DNA of 64,000 bases, taken from assembly GCA_902478365.1 (NCBI GenBank), contig CABSKX010000001.1, positions 21,342-85,341 on the forward strand, read 5' to 3'. Shown in pieces: positions 9,107-16,728 of the stretch (position 1 is the stretch's first letter; each line of letters begins with the position of its first letter). The DNA comes from an uncultured Collinsella sp. GTDB lineage: Bacteria > Actinomycetota > Coriobacteriia > Coriobacteriales > Coriobacteriaceae. The translations under genes and the position numbers were made by a program. A model generated the notes under the pieces. The model saw only the letters and a list, made by a program, of their open reading frames with translations. It made no database searches and was not told the DNA's origin.

Positions 9107-10159
9107 ATGACTGTCGAGAAGAAGGATATCGATTGGGGCAGCCTCGGCTTTGGCTACATGAAGACCGATTACAGCTACGAGGCCCATTGGAAGGACGGCG
9201 AGTGGGACGAGGGCGGCCTGACCACCGACCACACCCTGCATGTCTCCGAGTGCGGCGGCATCTTCCATTACTGCCAGGAGGTCTTTGAGGGCCTGAAGGC
9301 CTACACCGCCGAGGACGGCAGCATCGTCTGCTTCCGTCCCGACATGAACGCCGAGCGTATGTACAATTCCGCCCAGCGTCTGGAGATGCCCCCGTTCCCC
9401 AAGGACAAGTTTGTCGAGGCCGTCAAGCAGGTCGTCTCTGCCAACGCGGCCTGGGTTCCGCCTTTTGGCTCCGGTGCAACCCTGTACGTGCGTCCGTTTA
9501 TGATCGGCTCCGGTGACGTGATTGGCGTGGCTCCCGCTCCTGAGTACACGTTCCGCATTCTCGTGACCCCGGTCGGTCCGTACTTTAAGGGTGGCCTCAA
9601 GCCTGTCAAGCTGCGCGTTTCCGAGTACGACCGCGCCGCACCGCACGGCACCGGCAACATCAAGGCCGGCCTCAACTACGCCATGTCCCTGAAGCCCACG
9701 ATGGAGGCTCACCGCGAGGGCTATGCCGAGAACCTGTATCTCGACTCCGAGTCCCGCACCTATGTCGAGGAGACCGGTGGTGCCAACGTCCTGTTCGTAA
9801 AGGAGGACGGCACGCTTGTCGTCCCGCAGTCGCACACCGACTCCATTCTTCCCTCCATCACCCGTCGTTCGCTCGTTCAGGTCGCTGAGGACCTGGGCAT
9901 GACCGTCGACCAGCGTCCCGTCGAGTGGGCCGAGGTCAAGGCCGGCACCTTTGTTGAGTGCGGTCTGTGTGGCACCGCTGCCGTTATCTCCCCGGTCGGC
10001 GAGATCGACAACAAGGTCTACGGTGCCGATGAGACCGTGACCTTCCCGGCTGGCTACACCGAGATCGGTCCTGTGATGAAGAAGCTTCGCGAGACCCTGA
10101 CGGGCATCCAGTCTGGTGCTGTTGAGGATAAGCACAACTGGGTTTACACCGTCGCGTAA
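9107..10159 (+). CDS. ilvE: branched-chain amino acid aminotransferase (class IV, long form)
   Basis: The ATG at 9107 is preceded by AAGGAG. Sequence reads DWGSLGFGYMKTDYSY...EVFEGLKAY...FRPDMNAERMYNSAQRLEMPPFP. Confidence 0.9.
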   Translation: MTVEKKDIDWGSLGFGYMKTDYSYEAHWKDGEWDEGGLTTDHTLHVSECGGIFHYCQEVFEGLKAYTAEDGSIVCFRPDMNAERMYNSAQRLEMPPFPKDKFVEAVKQVVSANAAWVPPFGSGATLYVRPFMIGSGDVIGVAPAPEYTFRILVTPVGPYFKGGLKPVKLRVSEYDRAAPHGTGNIKAGLNYAMSLKPTMEAHREGYAENLYLDSESRTYVEETGGANVLFVKEDGTLVVPQSHTDSILPSITRRSLVQVAEDLGMTVDQRPVEWAEVKAGTFVECGLCGTAAVISPVGEIDNKVYGADETVTFPAGYTEIGPVMKKLRETLTGIQSGAVEDKHNWVYTVA

Positions 10160-10175
10160 GCTGTCTTAGCTGTCC

Positions 10176-10300
10176 GGCCCGAGGGCGACCCTCCTTTCCG
10201 GCGCACTCCGCAGGACGAAAGAACCCCCGCCGCACGTAGTGCGCAGCGGGGGTTCTTTCATGTCCGAGGACGCGCCGGAAAGGAGGGTCGCCCTCGGGCC
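10176..10300. repeat. 125-bp nested palindrome (29-bp perfect outer stem enclosing a terminator-like hairpin)
   Basis: Outer arms are ggcccgagggcgaccctcctttccggcgc (10176-10204) and its exact complement (10272-10300). The inner stem is gaaagaacccccgc / gcgggggttctttc. Confidence 0.8.
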
Positions 10301-10720
10301 TGCGTTACCTCGGCGCTGCCGTTACGGGCAATATAGATCTGAATTAAAGATGGTGCGCGGCCTATTGACCGCGCTTTTGTTTTGGTTCGCGCCATGTGGG
10401 GGGGGGTGGCGACGTGCATTTTTGCGAGTATTCTGCAATCGAAGACCCCTGCATACCGGCCTCGGGCGAAAAATCGGGATTTCTCGATGTTTTCTACGAA
10501 TGATGGGCGGGGTTATGGGCTGACAGCGTTTGATTTGTAGGGACATTCGCGGTCTTTGGCATTTATCGTGGCGCCCGAAACTCTTGGTTATGCTGAATAC
10601 TCCCAAAAATGCACGGTGCTTAGAGGGGGGGCTTCGCGACAAAGGAAACCGCCCTGTCGAAGTATGCATTCGACGAGGCGGTTTATGCATATACCCGATT
10701 AAGGATACGCTGCGGATCTG

Positions 10721-11272
10721 TTAGAACTTGACGGTCGGTGCCTGGCGGGCAGCTTCGGCGGCCTCGAAGCCCTGGCGCTCGTTAAACTGGAAGATGCCGG
10801 CAAAGATGACGGCCGGGAAGGTCTGGATGGCGTTGTTGTAGCTAAGCACGCAGTCGTTGTAGCTCTGGCGTGCGTAGCTCACCTTGTTCTCGGTGTCTTC
10901 GAGCGTGGCTTGGAGCTGCGTAAAGTTGGTGTTCGCCTTAAGATCGGGGTAAGCCTCGGCCACGGCGAAGAGCTGGCGCAGGGCACCGGTCAGCACGTTG
11001 TCGGCTTCCATCTTGGCTTCGGGTGTGGTGGCGCTCACGGCGGCGTTGCGCGCGTTGACCACGGCTGCAAGCGTGTCCTGCTCGTGTTTGGCGTAGCCCT
11101 TGACGGTCTCGACCAGGTTAGGGATCAGGTCGTTGCGGCGCTGCAGCTGCGTGTCGATGTTCTGCCAGGCGTTATCAATGCGATTGCGCTTGGTGACCAT
11201 GTTGTTGTAGATGCCGGCGATGGCGCAGACAATCACAATGACAACAACGATACCGATGATGACGGGAATCAT
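10721..11272 (-). CDS. lemA: LemA family protein
   Basis: N-terminal TM helix, then NRIDNAWQNIDTQLQRRNDLIPNLVETVKGYAKHEQDTL, the LemA hallmark. Confidence 0.9.
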   Translation of the reverse strand: MIPVIIGIVVVIVIVCAIAGIYNNMVTKRNRIDNAWQNIDTQLQRRNDLIPNLVETVKGYAKHEQDTLAAVVNARNAAVSATTPEAKMEADNVLTGALRQLFAVAEAYPDLKANTNFTQLQATLEDTENKVSYARQSYNDCVLSYNNAIQTFPAVIFAGIFQFNERQGFEAAEAARQAPTVKF

Positions 11273-11484
11273 GGTGTCTCCGTTTCGAATGGCCGCGGCG
11301 TCTTCCGCCGGCTGCCGTTGGTGTAACGCTACTAGTATACCCGCAACCTTTGGCGATACCGAACTTTCCGGTAAGCGTTATGTTTCCACCAAGGTAAGGC
11401 CATTCGCCAGGGGGCGGGCGATACAGGTGTAAGATATGCGACAGATTAGTGAGCGTTGTCTTCTCCTTGAGGAGGGCGATATAT

Positions 11485-12069
11485 ATGGACCTTCGCATCA
11501 AGAAAACCTACCGCGCCCTGTTCGATGCCTTTACCGAGCTTCTCGAGGAGCATCGGTTTGAGGACCTGACGGTCGCCATGCTGTGCGACCGGGCCATGAT
11601 TCGCCGCACGACGTTCTACAAGCACTTTCGCGACAAGAACGATTACTTTGCCTTTTATATCGATGAGCTCATGTCGGGCTTGCCGCAAAAAAAGCCCGAT
11701 GAGGCCGGCGCAGTGTCTGCCGAGGACGTGCGCGCGCTTCGGCACGCGATTTTGGACGATGCCATGGATTTGATTCTGGCGCACGAGCAGCTCATGGATA
11801 ACATTTTGGCAAGCAGCATGTCGGGCATGTTGACCAACGTTATTTGCGACCGCATTGCCCGCTCCATCCGCGAGCGTGTGATGAACGTGCTTGCCGAGGA
11901 CGCCCTGGCCCCCGTGTCACTCGAGACGACGTCTGAGTTTGTCGCCGGCGGTATTATTCGACTTTTCACGATATGGTGGGAATCGGGCCACGATCTTGAG
12001 CGTCGACCTGAGATAGCCGACGTGGTCGATGCGCTGTTTGAGCGGACCATGACACCGGTGAATCACTAA
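11485..12069 (+). CDS. TetR/AcrR family transcriptional regulator
   Basis: HTH region FEDLTVAMLCDRAMIRRTTFYKHFRDKNDYF. The ATG at 11485 follows GGAGGG. Confidence 0.8.
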   Translation: MDLRIKKTYRALFDAFTELLEEHRFEDLTVAMLCDRAMIRRTTFYKHFRDKNDYFAFYIDELMSGLPQKKPDEAGAVSAEDVRALRHAILDDAMDLILAHEQLMDNILASSMSGMLTNVICDRIARSIRERVMNVLAEDALAPVSLETTSEFVAGGIIRLFTIWWESGHDLERRPEIADVVDALFERTMTPVNH

Positions 12070-12071
12070 AG

Positions 12072-12162
12072 TGGCGGAGAGAGGGGGATTCGAACCCCCG
12101 GAACGCTCTCGCGCTCAACGGTTTTCAAGACCGCCGCATTCAACCGCTCTGCCATCTCTCCG
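12072..12162 (-). tRNA. tRNA-Ser (anticodon UGA), CCA encoded
   Basis: The reverse complement folds as a cloverleaf. Acceptor is GGAGAGA/TCTCTCC and the anticodon loop is CTTGAAA. It has a long variable arm (type II tRNA) and T-arm CGGGGGTTCGAATCCCCC. Confidence 0.9.
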
Positions 12163-12212
12163 TGAGTCGTAATGATAGCATCGTTTTGAATTTGCAACAG
12201 GGAAGGCGAACG

Positions 12213-13994
12213 ATGACGATCACCGAAATCGACGAGAAGTTCATGCGCGAGGCGTTGGCGGAGGCGCGAGTCGCCGCGGCGGTGGGCGAGGTGCCCATCG
12301 GAGCCGTAGTGGTGCGCGACGGTGAGGTCGTCGCGAGGGCGCACAATCGGCGCGAACTCGACCAGGACCCTTCGGCTCATGCCGAGTTTGCGGCCGTGTG
12401 CGCCGCTGCCCAGGCGCTTGGCCGCTGGCGCCTTTTCGACTGTACGGTTTATGTGACGCTGGAACCCTGCTGCATGTGCGCGGGCCTTATGGTCAACGCG
12501 CGCGTGGGGCGCTGCGTGTATAGCGCGGCTGATGCCAAGGCCGGCGCGCTGGGTTCGCTGTATGACCTCAATGTCGATTCGCGCCTGAACCATCGGTTTA
12601 ACGTGACGGCTGGGGTCCTGGCGGATGAATGCCGCGAGCTGCTGAGTAGCTATTTTGGCGGTCTGCGCAGAGCGGGCGGCGCTGATTGCGGTTGTGGGGC
12701 CGATCTTGAAGCACACGCCGCTCACGCCGTAGCGCTTGCGGGTGCCGGTGAGGATGCTGGCACGGCGGTTGACTTTGGTCCTGCGTGCCGCCGACCCCGC
12801 CGTGTGCTGTTGGCGATCGACTCCTTTAAGGGCAGCGTTTCGAGCGCGCAGGCGGAGGCGGCGGTTGCCGAAGGCATGCGCCGTGTGTGGCCCGATGCCG
12901 AGGTGCGCGCGTTGCCGCTGGCGGATGGCGGCGAGGGAACGCTCGATACCGTTGCCGCCTGCGGTGGCGAGCTTGTGGCCTGCGAGGTTGCAGGCCCCTT
13001 TGGCGAGCGTGTGCCTGCCCGGATGTTAGTGGACGGCGAGCACGAGTCGGTTGTTATTGAGATGGCCGAAGCAGCAGGCATCGGGTACTCACCTTGCACG
13101 GAATCGGCGGCGCTGGCTGCTACAACCTATGGCGTGGGCGAGCTGATGCTCCGTGCAGCTCGTGTCGGGGTAAAGACTATCTATATTGGCTTGGGCGGCA
13201 GTGCCACCAACGACGGTGGCGCCGGCATGCTGCAGGCGCTGGGCGCGCGTGTGGTCGATGATCAGGGCTGCGATGTCGCCCCCGGTCTTGCGGGCCTTGA
13301 ACACGTGGCGAGCGTTGATTTGGAGCCGGCGCTGCAGGCTTTGGATGGCGCTCGCATCGTTGTGCTTTCCGATGTCGAGAATCCGCTCGTGGGGCGTCGA
13401 GGCGCACTGGCGGTGTTTGGCGGGCAGAAGGGCCTGCCGGCGGATGATGTCGAGGCGCTGCGCAGATACGACGGCTGGATGGTCGGCTACGGTCGCCTGC
13501 TCGATGCGGCAATTTTCGAGGCGCGAGCCCAGGGGTTGTTGCGCACACCCGAGGGCGCACGGACATTTGGCTCGGTGCTCGGCGTGCCCGGCGCGGGCGC
13601 TGCCGGTGGCTTGGGCGCCGCGTTGCTGGCGCTCGGTGCGGAGCTGCGCTCGGGCGTGGAGACGGTGCTCGATCTCGTGGGGTTTGACGAGCGCGTGCGC
13701 GATGTCGACCTGGTCATAACAGGCGAGGGCAATATGGACGAGCAGTCCGCCGCCGGTAAGGCGCCGGTGGGTGTGGCTCGCCGCGCCAGGCGATATGGCA
13801 AGCCGGTGGTCGCCGTCGTGGGCGGCCGTGCTGACAACCTGAACGCGGTATATGAGCAAGGTATCGACTTGGTACTGCCGATCTGCCGCAAGCCCATGCC
13901 TCTCGACCAGGCGCTCAATCCTCAAGAAGCCACAACCAACCTCATCTTCGCCGGTGAGTCAGCCGCCCAAGCCTACGACCTCGCTCGCCTCTAA
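12213..13994 (+). CDS. fusion protein: tRNA adenosine(34) deaminase TadA domain + glycerate kinase domain
   Basis: Residues about 1-160 carry the CDA motifs HAEF...TLEPCCMCAG and end ...LLSSYFGGLRR. After a roughly 45-aa Ala/Gly linker comes the glycerate kinase start RVLLAIDSFKGSVSS...LPLADGGEGT...GGSATNDGGAGM. The ORF is uninterrupted. Confidence 0.8.
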   Translation: MTITEIDEKFMREALAEARVAAAVGEVPIGAVVVRDGEVVARAHNRRELDQDPSAHAEFAAVCAAAQALGRWRLFDCTVYVTLEPCCMCAGLMVNARVGRCVYSAADAKAGALGSLYDLNVDSRLNHRFNVTAGVLADECRELLSSYFGGLRRAGGADCGCGADLEAHAAHAVALAGAGEDAGTAVDFGPACRRPRRVLLAIDSFKGSVSSAQAEAAVAEGMRRVWPDAEVRALPLADGGEGTLDTVAACGGELVACEVAGPFGERVPARMLVDGEHESVVIEMAEAAGIGYSPCTESAALAATTYGVGELMLRAARVGVKTIYIGLGGSATNDGGAGMLQALGARVVDDQGCDVAPGLAGLEHVASVDLEPALQALDGARIVVLSDVENPLVGRRGALAVFGGQKGLPADDVEALRRYDGWMVGYGRLLDAAIFEARAQGLLRTPEGARTFGSVLGVPGAGAAGGLGAALLALGAELRSGVETVLDLVGFDERVRDVDLVITGEGNMDEQSAAGKAPVGVARRARRYGKPVVAVVGGRADNLNAVYEQGIDLVLPICRKPMPLDQALNPQEATTNLIFAGESAAQAYDLARL

Positions 13995-14010
13995 AACCCA
14001 TCCCCTCGAT

Positions 14011-14080
14011 AAGTTGCGGTGAAATACGGAGTGTTATTGCCTTTAAGGTGCCAATTCAGTCCGTATTCCACCGCAACTTC
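14011..14080. repeat. 70-bp hairpin element, family GTTGCGGTGAAATA...TATTCCACCGCAAC (copy 1 of 3)
   Basis: Terminal 16-17-bp inverted repeats. Other copies are at 32828-32897 and 63089-63159. All three sit just 3' of a stop codon. Confidence 0.85.
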
Positions 14081-14128
14081 GAGAATGTCCATTCGAGGTT
14101 GGCTGCCTTGTGCCTTGGGTCGGACCGC

Positions 14129-14292
14129 CTGCCACGAAACGTGGCCATCTACTACGTTAAACCGGCCACCCTCGACCATTCCGGAATTTGCAAAAACAAA
14201 ACCGCAGGTAGAAAGCTTGCCGATTTTCGAAAAAGCCGGCTATGGTTGACCCTTGCGGCCTAAACGTAGTAGATAGGTCCTTTTCGTGGCGC
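14129..14292. mobile_element. MITE-like non-autonomous element (about 165 bp, about 30-bp terminal inverted repeats), copy 1
   Basis: The TIRs are GCCACGAAACGTGGCCATCTACTACGTT and AACGTAGTAGATAGGTCCTTTTCGTGGCGC. The interior is about 80% identical by eye to the inverted interior of the copy at 39868-40032. Confidence 0.7.
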
Positions 14293-14430
14293 AGCGTCAG
14301 ACCAGTCTTTTTGGGGCGGGGCTTATTTGACCACCTGTCGATCTGATTGCCCAAGTAGTCAAAAAGCCCCGTCCCAAATTAGCTACCTTGCCCCATCGGG
14401 CGGGAGCGGGTAATATATATCGAGCGCCTA

Positions 14431-14535
14431 GCGCGTTCGATGGGTTCGGATGACGACATGTTCCGAATCTGGTCAGGTCCGGAAGGAAGCAGCCATAAGG
14501 AGCCTCTGTCGGGCATCCGGATCCATCGAGTGCGC
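14431..14535 (+). ncRNA. ffs: signal recognition particle RNA (small/4.5S type)
   Basis: Contains the domain IV core CTGGTCAGGTCCGGAAGGAAGCAGCCATAAGG. The flanks pair (gcgcgttcgatgggttcggatg with catccggatccatcgagtgcgc). A TAATAT-like box lies upstream and a T6 run downstream. Confidence 0.85.
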
Positions 14536-14552
14536 AGGCGTTTTTTGGTGCC

Positions 14553-14660
14553 GCGGCTACCCGCGAGTGCCGGCAGGGCGCTTGGTGTCTCGCTGGTCCT
14601 CGGCTTCGCCTGCGGGATCGCTCGACTACCAAGCGCCCTGCCGGCACCCGCGGGTAGCCG
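14553..14660. repeat. long hairpin (about 34-bp stem, about 40-nt loop) immediately after the SRP RNA
   Basis: gcggctacccgcgagtgccggcagggcgcttggt pairs with accaagcgccctgccggcacccgcgggtagccg, with one mismatch. Confidence 0.75.
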
Positions 14661-14871
14661 ACCAAAACCGCCTGAAGGGTCACATTTATCTGATAATTGA
14701 ATCCCCGGCGTTATGCCGCTCGCTGGCGTTGCCAAAACATCGGCTGCTACGTGCCTTGGGCGCTAGTGACCGTTGCCCTTACATCTGTAACGAGTTGCTT
14801 ACGCATCTCCAGGGTTCTCCGTACTATCATGAATCAGATTGAATTGAGATGATGATAGGGAGCGCCTTTTT

Positions 14872-16728
14872 ATGATTGAGCTGCTCAGGCGTTTTGGTGG
14901 TAAATTTCGCCGGTATATGGTGATTGGCCCTGCGTGCAAGTTGATTGAAGTGATCTTTGACCTGCTGACGCCGCTGGTGATTGCCCAGATGATCGATAAG
15001 GGCATCGGCGCACACAATGTGAACGCTGTCGTCCACTACGGCATGGTACTTGCCGCCATGGCCGTGATCGGCATCTCGTTTACGCTCGTCTGCCAAAAGA
15101 TGGCGGCGCTCACCTCGCAGGGTATGGGTACCGACATTCGCGGCGCACTCTACCAGCACATCAACAAGCTGAGCTATGCTGAGCTCGATCGCTTTGGCAC
15201 GCCGTCGCTCATCACGCGCATTACCAACGACGTCAACCAGGTGCAGCTTGCCGTGGCGCTGGGCGTGCGTATGCTCATCCGCTGGCCCTTCTTGGCGGTG
15301 GGTTCCATGGTTGCGGCCCTTGCCATCGACCTTAAGCTCGGCATGATCTTTTTGATTTGCACGCCCGCCATCGGCCTGGTGTTTTGGCTTGTCATGGCGC
15401 GCTGCATCCCGTACTACAAGCAGCTGCAGGCAAAGCTCGATCGCATCGCGCTTATTTGCCGCGAGGGACTTTCGGGCGCCCGCGTGGTCCGGGCGTTTGT
15501 GCGCGAGGGTCACGAGCGCGAGCGCTTTGCCCAGGCGGCCGATGACCAGGCGCGTGTCGCGATCGCGGTGGGCAAGCTCTCGTCGATCCTCAACCCCGTC
15601 ACGTTTTTGGTGATGAACCTGGGCGTGTGCGCCATCCTGTGGGTGGGCGGCATTCAGGTCAACGTGGGCGAGCTCACGCAGGGCCAGGTCATGGCGTTCG
15701 TCAACTACATGACGCAGACCCTGACCTCCATCGTGTATGTCGCCAACCTGGTCGTGGTCTTTACCAAGGCGAGCGCCAGTGCGTCGCGTCTCAACGAGGT
15801 GCTCAATTGCGTGCCGAGCATTACCGACGAGGGCAATCAGCCGGTCGCACTGCCCGAGCCGAGCGAACTGGCGGGTGGCGCTGTTTCGGTCCCGGCGCTG
15901 AGCTTTGACCATGCGAGTTTTTCGTTTGGCGCGGGCGCGGCAAATGCCGTGAGCGATGTGACGCTGGAGCTGCCGCTGGGCAAAACGCTTGGCATTATCG
16001 GCGGCACGGGCAGCGGTAAGTCGACGCTCGTCTCGCTTATCCCGCGCCTGTACGATGCGAGCACTGGCAGCGTGAGCGTGATGGGCGCCGACGTGCGCAC
16101 CTGGCCGCTCGATCAGCTGCGCCACGTGGTCGCGACCGTTCCGCAGCGCGCGTCGCTCGTGAGCGGCACGATCCGCAGCAACCTAACCTGGCGCGACGAG
16201 TCGGCGACCGACGAGGAGCTTTGGGCGGCGCTCGATATGGCGCAGGCCAGCGAGTTCGTGCACAACAAGCCCCAGGGCCTCGACGCCCCGGTCGAGGCGG
16301 GCGGCAAGAACTTCAGCGGCGGACAACGTCAGCGCCTGACCATCGCACGTGCCCTGGTGGGCGCTCCGCAGGTCCTAATCATGGATGACTCCGCCTCGGC
16401 GCTCGACTTTAAGACCGACGCGGCGCTTCGCCATGCCATCCGCGAGCGCAGCGTGCGTGGTGCCGCCGAGGGTGGGCTCCCGCTGACCACGGTGATCGTA
16501 AGCCAGCGCGTCTCGACCGTGCGCGACGCCGACATGATCTGCGTGCTCGACCACGGCTCGGTTGCGGGCCTGGGCACGCATGACGAGCTGTATGCAAGCT
16601 GCCAGCTCTATCGCGAGATTTGCCAGTCGCAGCTGCGCCGCGAGGAGCTCGAGGGTCAGCAGGGGAGCACGGCGCCCGCGTCCGCACCGATCGCCCCGGC
16701 ATCCGTCTGCGCAAAGGAGGGCTGCTAA
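14872..16728 (+). CDS. ABC exporter, fused permease/ATPase, degenerate-site subunit
   Basis: Walker A GGTGSGKST, signature FSGGQRQR, Walker B LIMDDSASALD (no catalytic Glu). Confidence 0.9.
   Translation: MIELLRRFGGKFRRYMVIGPACKLIEVIFDLLTPLVIAQMIDKGIGAHNVNAVVHYGMVLAAMAVIGISFTLVCQKMAALTSQGMGTDIRGALYQHINKLSYAELDRFGTPSLITRITNDVNQVQLAVALGVRMLIRWPFLAVGSMVAALAIDLKLGMIFLICTPAIGLVFWLVMARCIPYYKQLQAKLDRIALICREGLSGARVVRAFVREGHERERFAQAADDQARVAIAVGKLSSILNPVTFLVMNLGVCAILWVGGIQVNVGELTQGQVMAFVNYMTQTLTSIVYVANLVVVFTKASASASRLNEVLNCVPSITDEGNQPVALPEPSELAGGAVSVPALSFDHASFSFGAGAANAVSDVTLELPLGKTLGIIGGTGSGKSTLVSLIPRLYDASTGSVSVMGADVRTWPLDQLRHVVATVPQRASLVSGTIRSNLTWRDESATDEELWAALDMAQASEFVHNKPQGLDAPVEAGGKNFSGGQRQRLTIARALVGAPQVLIMDDSASALDFKTDAALRHAIRERSVRGAAEGGLPLTTVIVSQRVSTVRDADMICVLDHGSVAGLGTHDELYASCQLYREICQSQLRREELEGQQGSTAPASAPIAPASVCAKEGC

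Noticed and set aside
12066-12725. 219-aa minus-strand ORF
   Set aside because: It overlaps the tRNA-Ser gene and is antisense to the TadA domain, which has the clear deaminase zinc motifs HAE/PCxxC.
14297-14842. Several 85-130-aa ORFs on both strands
   Set aside because: They overlap the SRP RNA and the 34-bp-stem hairpin. Their translations are Arg/Pro/Gly-rich and they lack RBSs.
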